This document shows, piece after piece, positions 50,183 through 59,481 of a stretch of DNA of 64,000 nt. The position numbers were made by a program, and so were the translations under genes. This DNA comes from Acidobacteriota bacterium (GTDB lineage: Bacteria; Acidobacteriota; UBA6911; RPQK01; JAJDTT01). The notes below the pieces were generated by a model. That model saw nothing but the letters and a program-made list of their open reading frames with translations. It was not told where the DNA came from and did no database searches. Each line of letters starts with the position of its first letter. Position 1 is the stretch's first letter. The stretch is from contig OZ242374.1 of assembly GCA_965209055.1 (NCBI GenBank), forward strand, positions 256,001 to 320,000, written 5' to 3'.

Positions 50183-51604
50183 ATGTCCTCGACGGAAAAT
50201 TCAACCACTCTCCGCCTCCATTGGAGGCCCTTGGTGACCGGAGCTTTGCTGGCGGCCTTTCTCATGCCGCTGATGGGCGCCGAAAAGCATGATCTCGAAG
50301 CCCAGATCGAAGAGTTGAGGCGCAGGCTGGACAAGCTTGAGAAGGAGAGGGCCGAGCAGGCAGAGCCTGAACCGAAGGCCGAAAAACAGGCAGCCCAGGA
50401 TAAAGAGCTGGCGGAAGTCCGCCGTCAGGTGGACATCCTCGCCACCGAAGTGGAGCGGCTCCGGAGCGGTGAACCTGAAATCGAGGTCACGGACGCCGAG
50501 GCTCGCAGCAAGGGGCTCGGTCCCGCGGCCGCTTCCATTTACCGGAAGCAACGGGGTGTGTCCATCGCGGGCTACGGCGAGATGCTCTACAACAACTTCA
50601 GTGGACGTAACGAGTCCGGAGATCCCGTCTCCAAGACCACCGAGTTCGATTTCCTGCGGTGGATCCTTTACGCCGGCTATCGTTTCAACGACCGCATCAT
50701 CTTCAACTCGGAGATCGAGATCGAGCATGGATCCACCAGCCTGGGAGGCTCCACGTCGGTCGAGTTCGCCTACCTGGACTTCCTGGTGAACGACCATTTG
50801 ACTCTTCGCGGAGGATTGCTCCTGGTCCCTATGGGCCTGGTCAACGAGCTTCATGAACCCACGGTCTTCGTGGGCGCCAATCGGCCGGAGACGGAACGCC
50901 GGATCATGCCCAGCACCTGGCGGGAGAACGGGTTCGGCTTCGTGGGATCCGCGGGGATGGTCGATTACCGGGTCTACGTGGTGAACGGCCTGCTGGGCTC
51001 GAAGTTCAGCTCCAACGGCCTGCGAGGCGGCCGGCAAAAGGGGTACAAGGCGAAGTCCTCTCACATGGCCGTGGTCACCCGAGTCGATGTGAACCCCACT
51101 CCGGGAGTCTTCTTCGGCGGCTCCTTCTACAACGGCGGCTCAGGGCAGGGACTGACCTTCGACGGACAGGACCTGGATGTAGGGACCCGGATCGGGGAGC
51201 TTCACGCTCAGATCCAGATGGAGGGCTTCGACCTGAGGGGCCTCTTTGCCCGGGCCTCCCTGGACGACGTGGCCGAGCTGAATCAGGCCCTCGGATACAC
51301 CGGAATGAACTCGGTGGGCGAGACTCAACAGGGAGGGTATCTCCAATTCGGCTACAACCTGCTTTCCCGGGTCCGGGAAGACGTGAGGCTGATGCCCTAC
51401 TACCGGGCCGAGACTCTCGACACCCAGGCGCAGGTGCCGGCCGGATACCTGCGAAACCCTGCGCGGGACCGGTCGTTTCACACCCTGGGCCTGGAACTCA
51501 AGCCGATTTCCAACATCGTGATCAAGACCGACTATCAGTGGAACCGGAACCGGTCCAAGACCGGTCTGGACCAGTTCAACGTCGCCATGGGATACAACTT
51601 TTAA
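50183..51604 (+). CDS. Outer-membrane porin-like beta-barrel with N-terminal coiled coil
   Basis: Signal, coiled coil (QIEELRRRLDKLE), SIAGYGEMLY, FNSEIEIEHG, VEFAYLD, HEPT, PSTWRENG, C-terminal F. Confidence 0.75.
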   Translation: MSSTENSTTLRLHWRPLVTGALLAAFLMPLMGAEKHDLEAQIEELRRRLDKLEKERAEQAEPEPKAEKQAAQDKELAEVRRQVDILATEVERLRSGEPEIEVTDAEARSKGLGPAAASIYRKQRGVSIAGYGEMLYNNFSGRNESGDPVSKTTEFDFLRWILYAGYRFNDRIIFNSEIEIEHGSTSLGGSTSVEFAYLDFLVNDHLTLRGGLLLVPMGLVNELHEPTVFVGANRPETERRIMPSTWRENGFGFVGSAGMVDYRVYVVNGLLGSKFSSNGLRGGRQKGYKAKSSHMAVVTRVDVNPTPGVFFGGSFYNGGSGQGLTFDGQDLDVGTRIGELHAQIQMEGFDLRGLFARASLDDVAELNQALGYTGMNSVGETQQGGYLQFGYNLLSRVREDVRLMPYYRAETLDTQAQVPAGYLRNPARDRSFHTLGLELKPISNIVIKTDYQWNRNRSKTGLDQFNVAMGYNF

Positions 51605-51610
51605 GGAATA

Positions 51611-51686
51611 GGAGGGGCGATTTCCAATCGCCCGGTCTTCGTCGCCAAGTTTGTCACACCGGAGTCCGGCGGCTTTGCTGCCGCCG
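51611..51686 (+). repeat. Two GGAG-family REP-like palindromes
   Basis: GGAG-GGGCGATTTCCAATCGCCC (51611) and GGAGT-CCGGCGGCTTTGCTGCCGCCG (51661). Confidence 0.65.
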
Positions 51687-51704
51687 TGCTCCCGGCGGGG
51701 AATG

Positions 51705-51778
51705 CGCGCCCGGAGGGATTCGAACCCCCGACCCACGGATTAGAAGTCCGTTGCTCTGTCCAGCTGAGCTACGGGCGC
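51705..51778 (-). tRNA. tRNA-Arg (anticodon UCU), CCA not encoded
   Basis: GCGCCCG-TAGCTCAGCTGGACAGAGC-A-ACGGA-CTTCTAA-TCCGT-GGGTC-GGGGG-TTCGAAT-CCCTC-CGGGCGC-G. Confidence 0.95.
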
Positions 51779-51798
51779 ATGCTTGAATTTTTCGAACT

Positions 51799-52251
51799 TT
51801 AACAGTCCGTCTCGAAAGTCGCCACGGACGGCTGGGAGTCGCAGTTGAGGCGGCGCTGCATGAAGATCTCGGCAGGCTGGTCTCTAATGGTGAGAGCGCC
51901 GCAATCCCGGTAGCCGAGCTTGCGCCAGAAATGCTGGGCCGTAGCGGCGGCCTGGGTGGACATGACCACCAGGTCGAAGCCGCGGTCCGCCATCTGCCGT
52001 TCCCACTCCCGCACGGCCCGCGTGCCGTAACCGTGACCCCGCTCCGATTCGAGGATGACGATGAGCTCGATGAAGGGGAGCGACTCCCAGATCACGTGTG
52101 TTTTGAGGAAGCCCACCGGTTTCCCGCCGGCTTGGATGATTCGAATCCGGGACCCACGGACCTGCGCCTCCAGCGCGGCATCCGAAAGCCGCGGCCAGAG
52201 CTCTCTCAGCACCGGGAGGTCGGAAGGAACGGGACTTCGCAAACAATTCAT
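51799..52251 (-). CDS. GNAT family N-acetyltransferase
   Basis: ERGHGYGT acetyl-CoA motif A, AQHFWRKLGY motif B. Confidence 0.85.
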   Translation of the reverse strand: MNCLRSPVPSDLPVLRELWPRLSDAALEAQVRGSRIRIIQAGGKPVGFLKTHVIWESLPFIELIVILESERGHGYGTRAVREWERQMADRGFDLVVMSTQAAATAQHFWRKLGYRDCGALTIRDQPAEIFMQRRLNCDSQPSVATFETDC

Positions 52252-52393
52252 GGATGGGCCTCAAGCCGCATCGATGTTAGCACGGCGCCGGCGTCTCACA
52301 CGTTTTTCGAACGGTCCCCGCCGGGGGAACCCACCCGCGCGTTGAACACATGGTCTTCCGCTCCTATGATGGAAAGCCGCCGATGCCTTGCCT

Positions 52394-53089
52394 ATGAAGA
52401 CGGAATTCAACTGGACACAGCCACGGATCGTCGTCAAGAGGACCCTCCTCTCGCAGAAACCGGCCGAGAACAGCGGCCTGATCGCGGCCGCCATCGCCAT
52501 GGTCATCCTGTTCGTGACCATTCTGGTCTGGAGGGACTCTCCCGGCCTCATGCGACTCTCGGCCGCCGTGCCCTCCCGGGTCCTGGACGAGCACGAATAT
52601 TGGCGGCTGTTTTCCGCTATGGCCGTCCATTCCGACTGGAAGCACCTGTTCTCCAATCTTCCCTTCGTGGTCTTCTTCGGCTACCTCCTATACGGCTATT
52701 TCGGGTTCGGAGTCTATCCCTTGGGCGTCGTCGTTCTGGGCGCCCTCACCAACTACCTCTCGCTACTGACCTATCCCCCCGAGGTTCACCTGGTGGGGGC
52801 ATCGGGCATGACCCACGTGATGGGCGGATTCTGGTTGACTGCCTATATCCTGGTGGAGCGGAGCCTCCCCCTGAAGAAACGGGTGCTGCGAAGCCTGGGT
52901 GTGGCTCTGATCCTCTTCCTGCCCTCGGCTGTTCAACCCGAGATCAGCTACCGGGCCCACGCCATCGGACTGTTGCTGGGCATCGTCGCGGCAGCGATCT
53001 TTTTCCAGCGGTACAAGCGCCGGATCCGGGCGGCGGAAGTGCTGGAGATCGAGGAAGATGACGACGTCTCCGGGCCGGTCGTCATGTGA
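52394..53089 (+). CDS. Rhomboid family intramembrane serine protease
   Basis: EYWRLF, HSDWKHLFSN, VGASG (Ser), AHAIG (His). Confidence 0.88.
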   Translation: MKTEFNWTQPRIVVKRTLLSQKPAENSGLIAAAIAMVILFVTILVWRDSPGLMRLSAAVPSRVLDEHEYWRLFSAMAVHSDWKHLFSNLPFVVFFGYLLYGYFGFGVYPLGVVVLGALTNYLSLLTYPPEVHLVGASGMTHVMGGFWLTAYILVERSLPLKKRVLRSLGVALILFLPSAVQPEISYRAHAIGLLLGIVAAAIFFQRYKRRIRAAEVLEIEEDDDVSGPVVM

Positions 53090-53211
53090 GCCGATAGCAA
53101 CGCAGTCCGCGCCTGTGCAGGGACGGTCGAATCCCGTGACGACTTTTGCCACGGGCTGGTATACTCGATCCATTCCTGCCTTGATTCTTCGAGGCGTGGA
53201 GAGGTACTGGA

Positions 53212-53646
53212 ATGAAGGTGATCAAGTTGGCGCAAGTGCCGCCCCCGAGTGTCAAGGTCGACGCGACGGTGCTCTCGGCCGCCATGTCCATGCGGAACGC
53301 CAGAATCGGCGCAGCCGCCGTCCTGGAGGGGGACCAGCTGGTCGGAATCTTCTCCGAACGGGATGTCATGGTGAGAGTCGTCGTGCCCCGGTTGGATCCC
53401 GAAGCCACGACCGTTCGCGATGTCATGACCACGGCCGTACAGACGGTTGGGGAAGACGCGGAAGCGGGAGAAGCCCTGGAACTCATGGTCGCCCGTCACA
53501 TCCGGCACCTGCCGGTGGTGGACTCGGAGAATCGCGTCACCGGACTCTTGTCGGTTCGCAATCTGCTCCAGCATCACATCGAGGAGTTGGCGGATCAGCT
53601 GAATTCCCTGGAAGCCTACTTCAGCGCGGACGGTCCGGGCGGGTAG
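53212..53646 (+). CDS. CBS domain pair protein
   Basis: LVGIFSERDV, VRDVMT, IRHLPVVD, GLLSVRNL. Confidence 0.9.
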   Translation: MKVIKLAQVPPPSVKVDATVLSAAMSMRNARIGAAAVLEGDQLVGIFSERDVMVRVVVPRLDPEATTVRDVMTTAVQTVGEDAEAGEALELMVARHIRHLPVVDSENRVTGLLSVRNLLQHHIEELADQLNSLEAYFSADGPGG

Positions 53647-53782
53647 CCCTCTCCGGCCGGAGCCTCCCCGATCCCCGTTCCTCGCGCCTCTTTGCTCATT
53701 TTCCTTTTCTCGCGCTGGTCGACGACGTATGCTTCGGGTCGGCTTCCGAAGAAACGACGCACAGGACGCACAGGAGGAGTAG

Positions 53783-55249
53783 ATGAAAGGGCGTTTTCCA
53801 CTATCCATCGGCTTGCTGGTCCTTCTGACGCTGGGGTCGGCCGAGTCCCGTCCCTCCAGCCATGGTCAGAAAATGAAACCTCTGGACATCGGCTCCAACC
53901 TGGAACTCTTCGTCGACGATTACCTGATCGATTCCATGAAGGGAGTGCGGCTCCAGCTTCAGGAGGCGCGGCCGGCGGGGACCGTGCTCGAGTTCGACAA
54001 ACCGTGGGAGGGGACCACGTCGCTCTACCACACCGTCTTCAAGGACGGCGACCTCTACCGCATGTACTATCGCGGCAGCAGTCATGCCGGCTACACCTTT
54101 CCCAAGTTCGTGGGTCCCGGCGAGACGGTGATCCCCGAGCACGAGGAGGTGGCCTGCTACGTCGAGAGCCGCGACGGCATCACCTGGACCCGGCCGTCTC
54201 TGGGACTCATCGAGTTCGAGGGATCCAAGGACAACAACATCGTCTGGATCGGCAGGGGCAGCCACAATTTCGCTCCCTTCAAGGACGGCAACCCGGAAGC
54301 GGACCCGGCGCAGCCTTACAAGGCGTTGGCGGGCGGGCCGCTGCTGGCGCTGGCTTCGGCCGACGGTATCCGCTGGACCAAGATCCAGGAGGAGCCGGTC
54401 ATCAGCGACGGGGCGTTCGATTCGTTGAACGTGCCCTTCTGGGATCCGGTCCGGCAGCTCTACGTCGCCATCTACCGTGATTTCACGGACGGAGTCCGCA
54501 GCATGAAGTTCGCCACTTCCGAGGATTTCATCCACTGGACGAAGGGGGAGTGGGCCGACTACGGAGACGCGCCGCGGGAGCACTTTTACACCAACGCCAC
54601 CCAGCCCTATTTCCGCGCTCCCCAGATCTATCTGGCCTTTCCCAAGCGTTTCGTTCCCTGGAGGACCTACCACGACAACGCGGCGGGGGCCGGCGTCTCC
54701 GACGCCGTTTTCATGACCAGCCGCGATGGGGTGCACTGGGACCGGCGGTTCGGGGAAGCCTTCATTCGTCCGGGGCGGGATCCCAAAAACTGGGTGCATC
54801 GGACCAACATGGTCTCTTCCGGCGTCGTCCCCACGAGCGACGACGAGATCTCCCTTTACGTGGCCCGGCACTACACTTCACCCAGCGCCCACCTGGAACG
54901 AATGACGGTGCGCATGGATGGGTTCGCGTCCCTCCGCGCCGATTACCAGGGCGGGGAGATGGTGACCAAGCCCTTCGTCTTCAAGGGAGACGACCTGGTC
55001 CTGAACTTTTCCACGTCGGCCGCCGGGAGCATCCGGATCGAGGTCCAGGACATGCATGGCCACCCGGTGCCCGGGTTCGCGCTGGAGGACTCGCCCCTGA
55101 TCTTTGGAGACGAGGTCGAGCACACGGTCAAGTGGGACCGAGGCCACCCGAAGGCGAGACGGGATACCCTGAACCGGATCGCCGGCAAGCCGGTTCGGCT
55201 GAGAATCGTGATGCGGGACGCGGATCTCTACTCCCTCCGCTTCCGTTAG
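53783..55249 (+). CDS. Exported putative glycoside hydrolase-like beta-propeller (paralog)
   Basis: DIGSNLELFVDD, DKPWEG, ESRDGITWTRPSLG...GSKDNN, FDSLNVPFWD, RMDGFAS, LYSLRF. Confidence 0.7.
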   Translation: MKGRFPLSIGLLVLLTLGSAESRPSSHGQKMKPLDIGSNLELFVDDYLIDSMKGVRLQLQEARPAGTVLEFDKPWEGTTSLYHTVFKDGDLYRMYYRGSSHAGYTFPKFVGPGETVIPEHEEVACYVESRDGITWTRPSLGLIEFEGSKDNNIVWIGRGSHNFAPFKDGNPEADPAQPYKALAGGPLLALASADGIRWTKIQEEPVISDGAFDSLNVPFWDPVRQLYVAIYRDFTDGVRSMKFATSEDFIHWTKGEWADYGDAPREHFYTNATQPYFRAPQIYLAFPKRFVPWRTYHDNAAGAGVSDAVFMTSRDGVHWDRRFGEAFIRPGRDPKNWVHRTNMVSSGVVPTSDDEISLYVARHYTSPSAHLERMTVRMDGFASLRADYQGGEMVTKPFVFKGDDLVLNFSTSAAGSIRIEVQDMHGHPVPGFALEDSPLIFGDEVEHTVKWDRGHPKARRDTLNRIAGKPVRLRIVMRDADLYSLRFR

Positions 55250-55328
55250 TCTGAAACGTTCCGCCAGACGCCGGGTCGGGCGCAGCGGCGCCGTAATTTG
55301 GGATATGGACCGGTAAGGAGAAAAAGCC

Positions 55329-56747
55329 ATGAGAATGTTCGTACAAGGTGAGTGGACCGAGACCCCGCAACTGATCGAAGTCAGGAATCCTTACGACGAC
55401 TCGGTGGTGGACACCGTCCCCAAGGCCGGGGCCGCCGACGTGGACGCGGCCTTGGCGGGCGCCGTCGAGGGGGCCCGCGTGATGCGGAACATGCCCGCTT
55501 ACGACCGGTCGCGAATCCTGACCAGGGCGGCGGACATCATGGAGGAGCGGACCGAGGAACTGGCCCGGACCATCAGCTCCGAGGAGGGCAAGATTCTGGC
55601 GGAAGCACGGATCGAAGCGGTACGCGCGGCCGAGATCATCCGGCTCTCGGGAGAGGAGGCCAAGAGGATCACCGGGGAGGTGCTCCCTCTGGACGCGGCG
55701 CCCGGTTGCGCCGGACGCCTCGGCTTCACGCTCCGGGTGCCCTGCGGCGTGGTGGCGGCCATCACGCCGTTCAACTTTCCGTTGCACCTGGTCTGCCACA
55801 AGGTGGGCCCCGGACTGGCCGGCGGCAACGCCGTCGTGGTCAAGCCGGCCACCGACACGCCCTTGTCCGCCCTCAAGCTGGTGGAGATCCTGCTGGAAGC
55901 GGGGACGCCGCCCCAGGCCCTGGCCTGCCTGACGGGTCCCGGCAGCGAGGTGGGCGACTTTCTCTCGGGCGACCCTCGAGTCCGCAAGATCAGCTTCACC
56001 GGCAGCTACGAAGTGGGGGACCATATCTGCCGGGTGGCCGGAATGAAGAAGGTCACCATGGAACTGGGGTCCAACGCCCCGCTGTTGGTGATGGACGACG
56101 CCGATCTGGACAAGGTGGCCGCGGCCACGGTGGCCACCGGATACGCCAACGCGGGACAGGTCTGCATCTCGGCCCAGCGGGTTCTGGCAGCGGACCGGAT
56201 CTACGACGATTTCCTGGATCGTCTCAAGACGGGCGTCGAGAACATTCGCATCGGAGATCAGCTCCAGGACGGGACCACCATGGGGCCGCTGGTTCGGGAA
56301 TCGGACGCCATCCGCGTGTCCAACTGGATTCAGGAAGCCGCGAACGGGGGGGCCCGCCTGCTCACCGGAGGAGCCCGCAACGGAGCCCTGGTGGAACCGG
56401 CCATCCTGGCCGACGTGGACCCGGCCATGAAGATCAGTTGCGATGAGCTCTTCGGCCCCGCCGTGGCCGTGAATCGTTTCGACGACATCGACCAAGCCAT
56501 CGACATGGCCAACGACACCCGCTACGGCCTGTCGGCGGCCATCTTCACCCAGGACATCGACCGGGCCCTGCGATTCGCCCAGGAGGTGGACAGCGGCAAC
56601 CTGCACATCAACTGGGGCACCCAGTGGAGGGCCGACCTCATGCCCTACGGAGGCCTCAAGGACAGCGGCATGGGCAAGGAAGGCCCCCGTTACGCCGTGG
56701 AAGAGATGACCGAGTCCAAGATGGTCGTCGTCCACCTGGACAGCTAG
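55329..56747 (+). CDS. Aldehyde dehydrogenase family protein
   Basis: ITPFNFP, VKPA, SFTGS, MELGSN, NAGQVC, ELFGP, PYGGLKDSG. Confidence 0.93.
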   Translation: MRMFVQGEWTETPQLIEVRNPYDDSVVDTVPKAGAADVDAALAGAVEGARVMRNMPAYDRSRILTRAADIMEERTEELARTISSEEGKILAEARIEAVRAAEIIRLSGEEAKRITGEVLPLDAAPGCAGRLGFTLRVPCGVVAAITPFNFPLHLVCHKVGPGLAGGNAVVVKPATDTPLSALKLVEILLEAGTPPQALACLTGPGSEVGDFLSGDPRVRKISFTGSYEVGDHICRVAGMKKVTMELGSNAPLLVMDDADLDKVAAATVATGYANAGQVCISAQRVLAADRIYDDFLDRLKTGVENIRIGDQLQDGTTMGPLVRESDAIRVSNWIQEAANGGARLLTGGARNGALVEPAILADVDPAMKISCDELFGPAVAVNRFDDIDQAIDMANDTRYGLSAAIFTQDIDRALRFAQEVDSGNLHINWGTQWRADLMPYGGLKDSGMGKEGPRYAVEEMTESKMVVVHLDS

Positions 56748-56816
56748 GAGCGCCGACTGGAGCGGCGACTTCCCAGTCGCCGAAAGGGGGGATAGGGAGG
56801 ACGCAGTCCCCCCTTT
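56747..56816 (+). repeat. GGAG-family REP plus bidirectional hairpin
   Basis: Partial GGAGCGCCGACT, then GGAG-CGGCGACTTCCCAGTCGCCG (56759-56782), then AAAGGGGGGA-N14-TCCCCCCTTT (56783-56816). Confidence 0.6.
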
Positions 56817-56849
56817 ACGATTTCCTGCCCCTACAATATCCCAGCAATG

Positions 56850-57182
56850 TCACAGACTCCCGGAATGTGACATCGGCACATCCGGACCAGTGCGAGGTTT
56901 CGGTGTAACGGACAACTGGACTCCAAGCGCACCAAGGACCTTCATAACAGTTCCGATCCGAGGATTGCGTTCACCGGACAATGCTTTGTACAAGCTTTGA
57001 CGTGCCAAGTTGGTCTTTGCAGCGATCAAAGTCATGCCGTTGGCACGAGCGACATTGCCAAGGGCCTTAACGAAGAACTCGGAATCGTTTTCTTCGAGAG
57101 CCGCCTTCAGGTACTCAATGACCACCTCATCGTTATTGAGAAACTCAGCGCTGTCCCAAGGCGAATAAGTCTCCTTGCTCAT
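56850..57182 (-). CDS. Addiction-module antidote HTH protein (HI1420 family)
   Basis: WDSAEFL, YLKAALE, ALGNVARANGM, RQSLYKALS..RNP. Confidence 0.88.
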   Translation of the reverse strand: MSKETYSPWDSAEFLNNDEVVIEYLKAALEENDSEFFVKALGNVARANGMTLIAAKTNLARQSLYKALSGERNPRIGTVMKVLGALGVQLSVTPKPRTGPDVPMSHSGSL

Positions 57183-57191
57183 GATCCCTCC

Positions 57192-57485
57192 TCAGAGTTC
57201 GCCCGCCATTTGATGGGCCCGCCGTATGTCTCGGGTCTGGCTCGACTTGGCACCCCCGCACAGCAAAATCACCACCTTCATCTTCCGGATCGTGTAGTAG
57301 ACTCGGTAGCCCTTGCCGACGGGAATGCGCATCTCGCTGACGCCCTTGCCCACGGTTCTGTGATCACCGAAATTGCCTTCCTCGATACGATCGATCCGAA
57401 CGATAATTCGTGCTTGGGCGCGCTTGTCGCGTAGTCCCTTCAACCAACGGAGAAAGGTCGTACTTCTGACGACCAAGAAACCCAC
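57192..57485 (-). CDS. RelE/ParE-family addiction-module toxin (HI1419 family)
   Basis: F..WLKGLRD..AQARI..RI.R...GNFGD..VG.GVSEMRI..G.GYRVYY, LLCGG.KSSQ..DI..A. Start placed at GTG 57485. Confidence 0.88.
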   Translation of the reverse strand: MGFLVVRSTTFLRWLKGLRDKRAQARIIVRIDRIEEGNFGDHRTVGKGVSEMRIPVGKGYRVYYTIRKMKVVILLCGGAKSSQTRDIRRAHQMAGEL

Positions 57486-57490
57486 GTAGC

Positions 57491-57520
57491 GATTGTCTCC
57501 AATTGGAGACAATCAGTCAA
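57491..57520 (-). promoter_or_regulatory. Sigma70 promoter overlapped by 24-bp perfect palindrome
   Basis: Minus strand TTGACT-N17-GACAAT-N6-GTG. Palindrome GATTGTCTCCAATTGGAGACAATC at 57491-57514. Confidence 0.75.
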
Positions 57521-57566
57521 GAAGCTCGACCCTGCCAGAGCTGTGACCCGGTCGTTGCGCGACTCA

Positions 57567-59423
57567 CTACCTCAGCCGGAGTTGAATGCCCGCATAGACC
57601 AGGCGCGGAATGCCCAATGACGGCAGCGGCGTCAGCCGCACCACGTAATCCCGGTCCAAAAGATTCTCCACGGCCAGAAAGATTTCCAACGATTCGCCCA
57701 GCGGTCTTCGTACGCTGGCGCCCAGGAGGAAGAAGCGCTCCAGAACCATGGTGTTGCGATCGTCCTCGAACTGGTCCCCGACCCATCTTCCCTGGAGCGA
57801 GGCCGTGAACGGCCCCTCGTAACGGACCTCCGCCGTGAGCTGATGGCGGGGGACCTGCGGCAGCCGCAGACCCGTTTCCGTCACCTCGGTCCGGGCGTAG
57901 AGATAGCCCATCCGCAGGCTCCAGGGCAGATCTCCCTGCAGCCCCGTCTCCAGCTCCAGACCCCGGACCCGCACCTGCCCCAGATTCTGCCGCTGCCGCT
58001 GAATGAACCGGGGACCCACGGAAATCGTGGCGTTCCCCACCGGGTCCCGGAGCGAGTTCCAGAAGCCGTTGATCCGGACCAGCACGGCGCCTGACGGATG
58101 CAAATCCGCTCCCAGCTCTCCCCCCCAGAGGTGCTCCTCGCCCAGATCGGGATTCTCGGCGGTGAGGACGTTGCCCACCCGGAAGGGGCGATAGAGCTCG
58201 TTCAGCGTGGGAGCCCGGAATCCGCGGTAGGCCGAGCTGCGCAGGGTCAGCCACCGGGCGCCCCGCAACAGGATGCCCAGGCGGGGATTCAGCGAGGTCT
58301 CGGTGGTGCGGCCCTGCCACCAGTCCGTCCGGGCTCCGATCTGCAGGTCCAGCCGGTTGTGGGCGGGAACGGTCTGCTGGACGAAGAGGCCGGCCAAGTT
58401 CTGCGCCCGGTCCTGCCAACTGACTCGTCTCCAATCGGTTCCCACCAGCAGTTGTCCCCGCGGATTCCAGGTCAGCGACCCGCCAGTGCCCAGCGTGGGA
58501 AACTCCTGCCGGGCGGTCACGAATTCCTGGGAGCGGTCGGGAAGAATACGGGAGAAGGTGTTCTTGAAGAGGCCCGACTGGACGTAGAAGCGGCTCTGCC
58601 ACGTATCGCCCTCGACTCCCGTCTCCAGGAGAGCGATCCGGGAATTGTTCTGCTGGAGATGAGTCCCGTTGCTGCGCCGTTCCCGAAAAGTGTTGACGCC
58701 GACGTGGAACCGCTTGTAGGAGACCCGGCCGAAGAAGGTCTCGAACCGGCTGTTGGCCGGAGTGTCCACCTCTCCCCGGAGCGCCTCGTCGATGATGAAG
58801 AACCCGTCGGTGTCCAGGACCCGCGCTGAGGCCAGGTATCCCCAGTCTCCCACTTGGTCCGACGCGGCCAGATCCAGGTCGGCGTAGCGGTGATCCCCCA
58901 GCACGCCCCGGACGTCCAACCGGCGCTGGTTTCGGGCCGGACGAAGCTGGATGGTTCCTCCCAACCCGGTGCTCCCGTACAGCGGACTCGTGGCTCCCCG
59001 GACCACCTCCACGCTGTCCAGGGCCGTGCGGGGAATCCGGTTCCAGTAGACCCATCCGCCGAAGGGATCGTTCCAGGGGATGCCGTCGAACAGGACCAGC
59101 GTGCGGCTGGTTCCTGAGGGGCCGATGCCCCGCAAGGAGACGCCCTGGGTCGTGGGATGGGAGATCATGCTGCTGCTGCGCCGAAAGAGGCTGAATCCGG
59201 GGACCTGGCGCAGAGCGTCGTCCAGGACCAGGGCGGGAGACTCGCGAAGATCCTCCCGGGAAAGGACGGTGACCAGAGCGGTGCTCTCGAGGAGAGGCTG
59301 CTCCTGCCGGCTGGCCGTGACGACGACGGTCTCGTGAGAACCCTTCGGCGTCTCCTCTTCTGACGGTTCCTTCTCCTGAGGAGGAGTCAGGAGAGCGAAC
59401 AGAGCCAACGGTAGCCAGAGCAT
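57567..59423 (-). CDS. TonB-dependent receptor (classical plug + barrel)
   Basis: TonB box ETVVVTASR, plug LRQVPG...SLRGIG...LVLFDGIP, VEVVRG..SPLYG, GFRAPTLNELY, VENLLD. Confidence 0.88.
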   Translation of the reverse strand: MLWLPLALFALLTPPQEKEPSEEETPKGSHETVVVTASRQEQPLLESTALVTVLSREDLRESPALVLDDALRQVPGFSLFRRSSSMISHPTTQGVSLRGIGPSGTSRTLVLFDGIPWNDPFGGWVYWNRIPRTALDSVEVVRGATSPLYGSTGLGGTIQLRPARNQRRLDVRGVLGDHRYADLDLAASDQVGDWGYLASARVLDTDGFFIIDEALRGEVDTPANSRFETFFGRVSYKRFHVGVNTFRERRSNGTHLQQNNSRIALLETGVEGDTWQSRFYVQSGLFKNTFSRILPDRSQEFVTARQEFPTLGTGGSLTWNPRGQLLVGTDWRRVSWQDRAQNLAGLFVQQTVPAHNRLDLQIGARTDWWQGRTTETSLNPRLGILLRGARWLTLRSSAYRGFRAPTLNELYRPFRVGNVLTAENPDLGEEHLWGGELGADLHPSGAVLVRINGFWNSLRDPVGNATISVGPRFIQRQRQNLGQVRVRGLELETGLQGDLPWSLRMGYLYARTEVTETGLRLPQVPRHQLTAEVRYEGPFTASLQGRWVGDQFEDDRNTMVLERFFLLGASVRRPLGESLEIFLAVENLLDRDYVVRLTPLPSLGIPRLVYAGIQLRLR

Positions 59424-59481
59424 GGGAACGCCGGAAGATTCTGAATTCTAGGTGGACCCTTTTGTACGCTCGTCTGCGTGG

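Noticed and set aside
51705-51778. tRNA-Arg as an island integration site
   Set aside because: No integrase and no duplicated tRNA 3' end noticed by eye. Lack of encoded CCA is common.
57567-59423. Calling this receptor btuB, the missing B12 receptor
   Set aside because: No riboswitch upstream and 30 kb from the operon. Substrate cannot be inferred from motifs.
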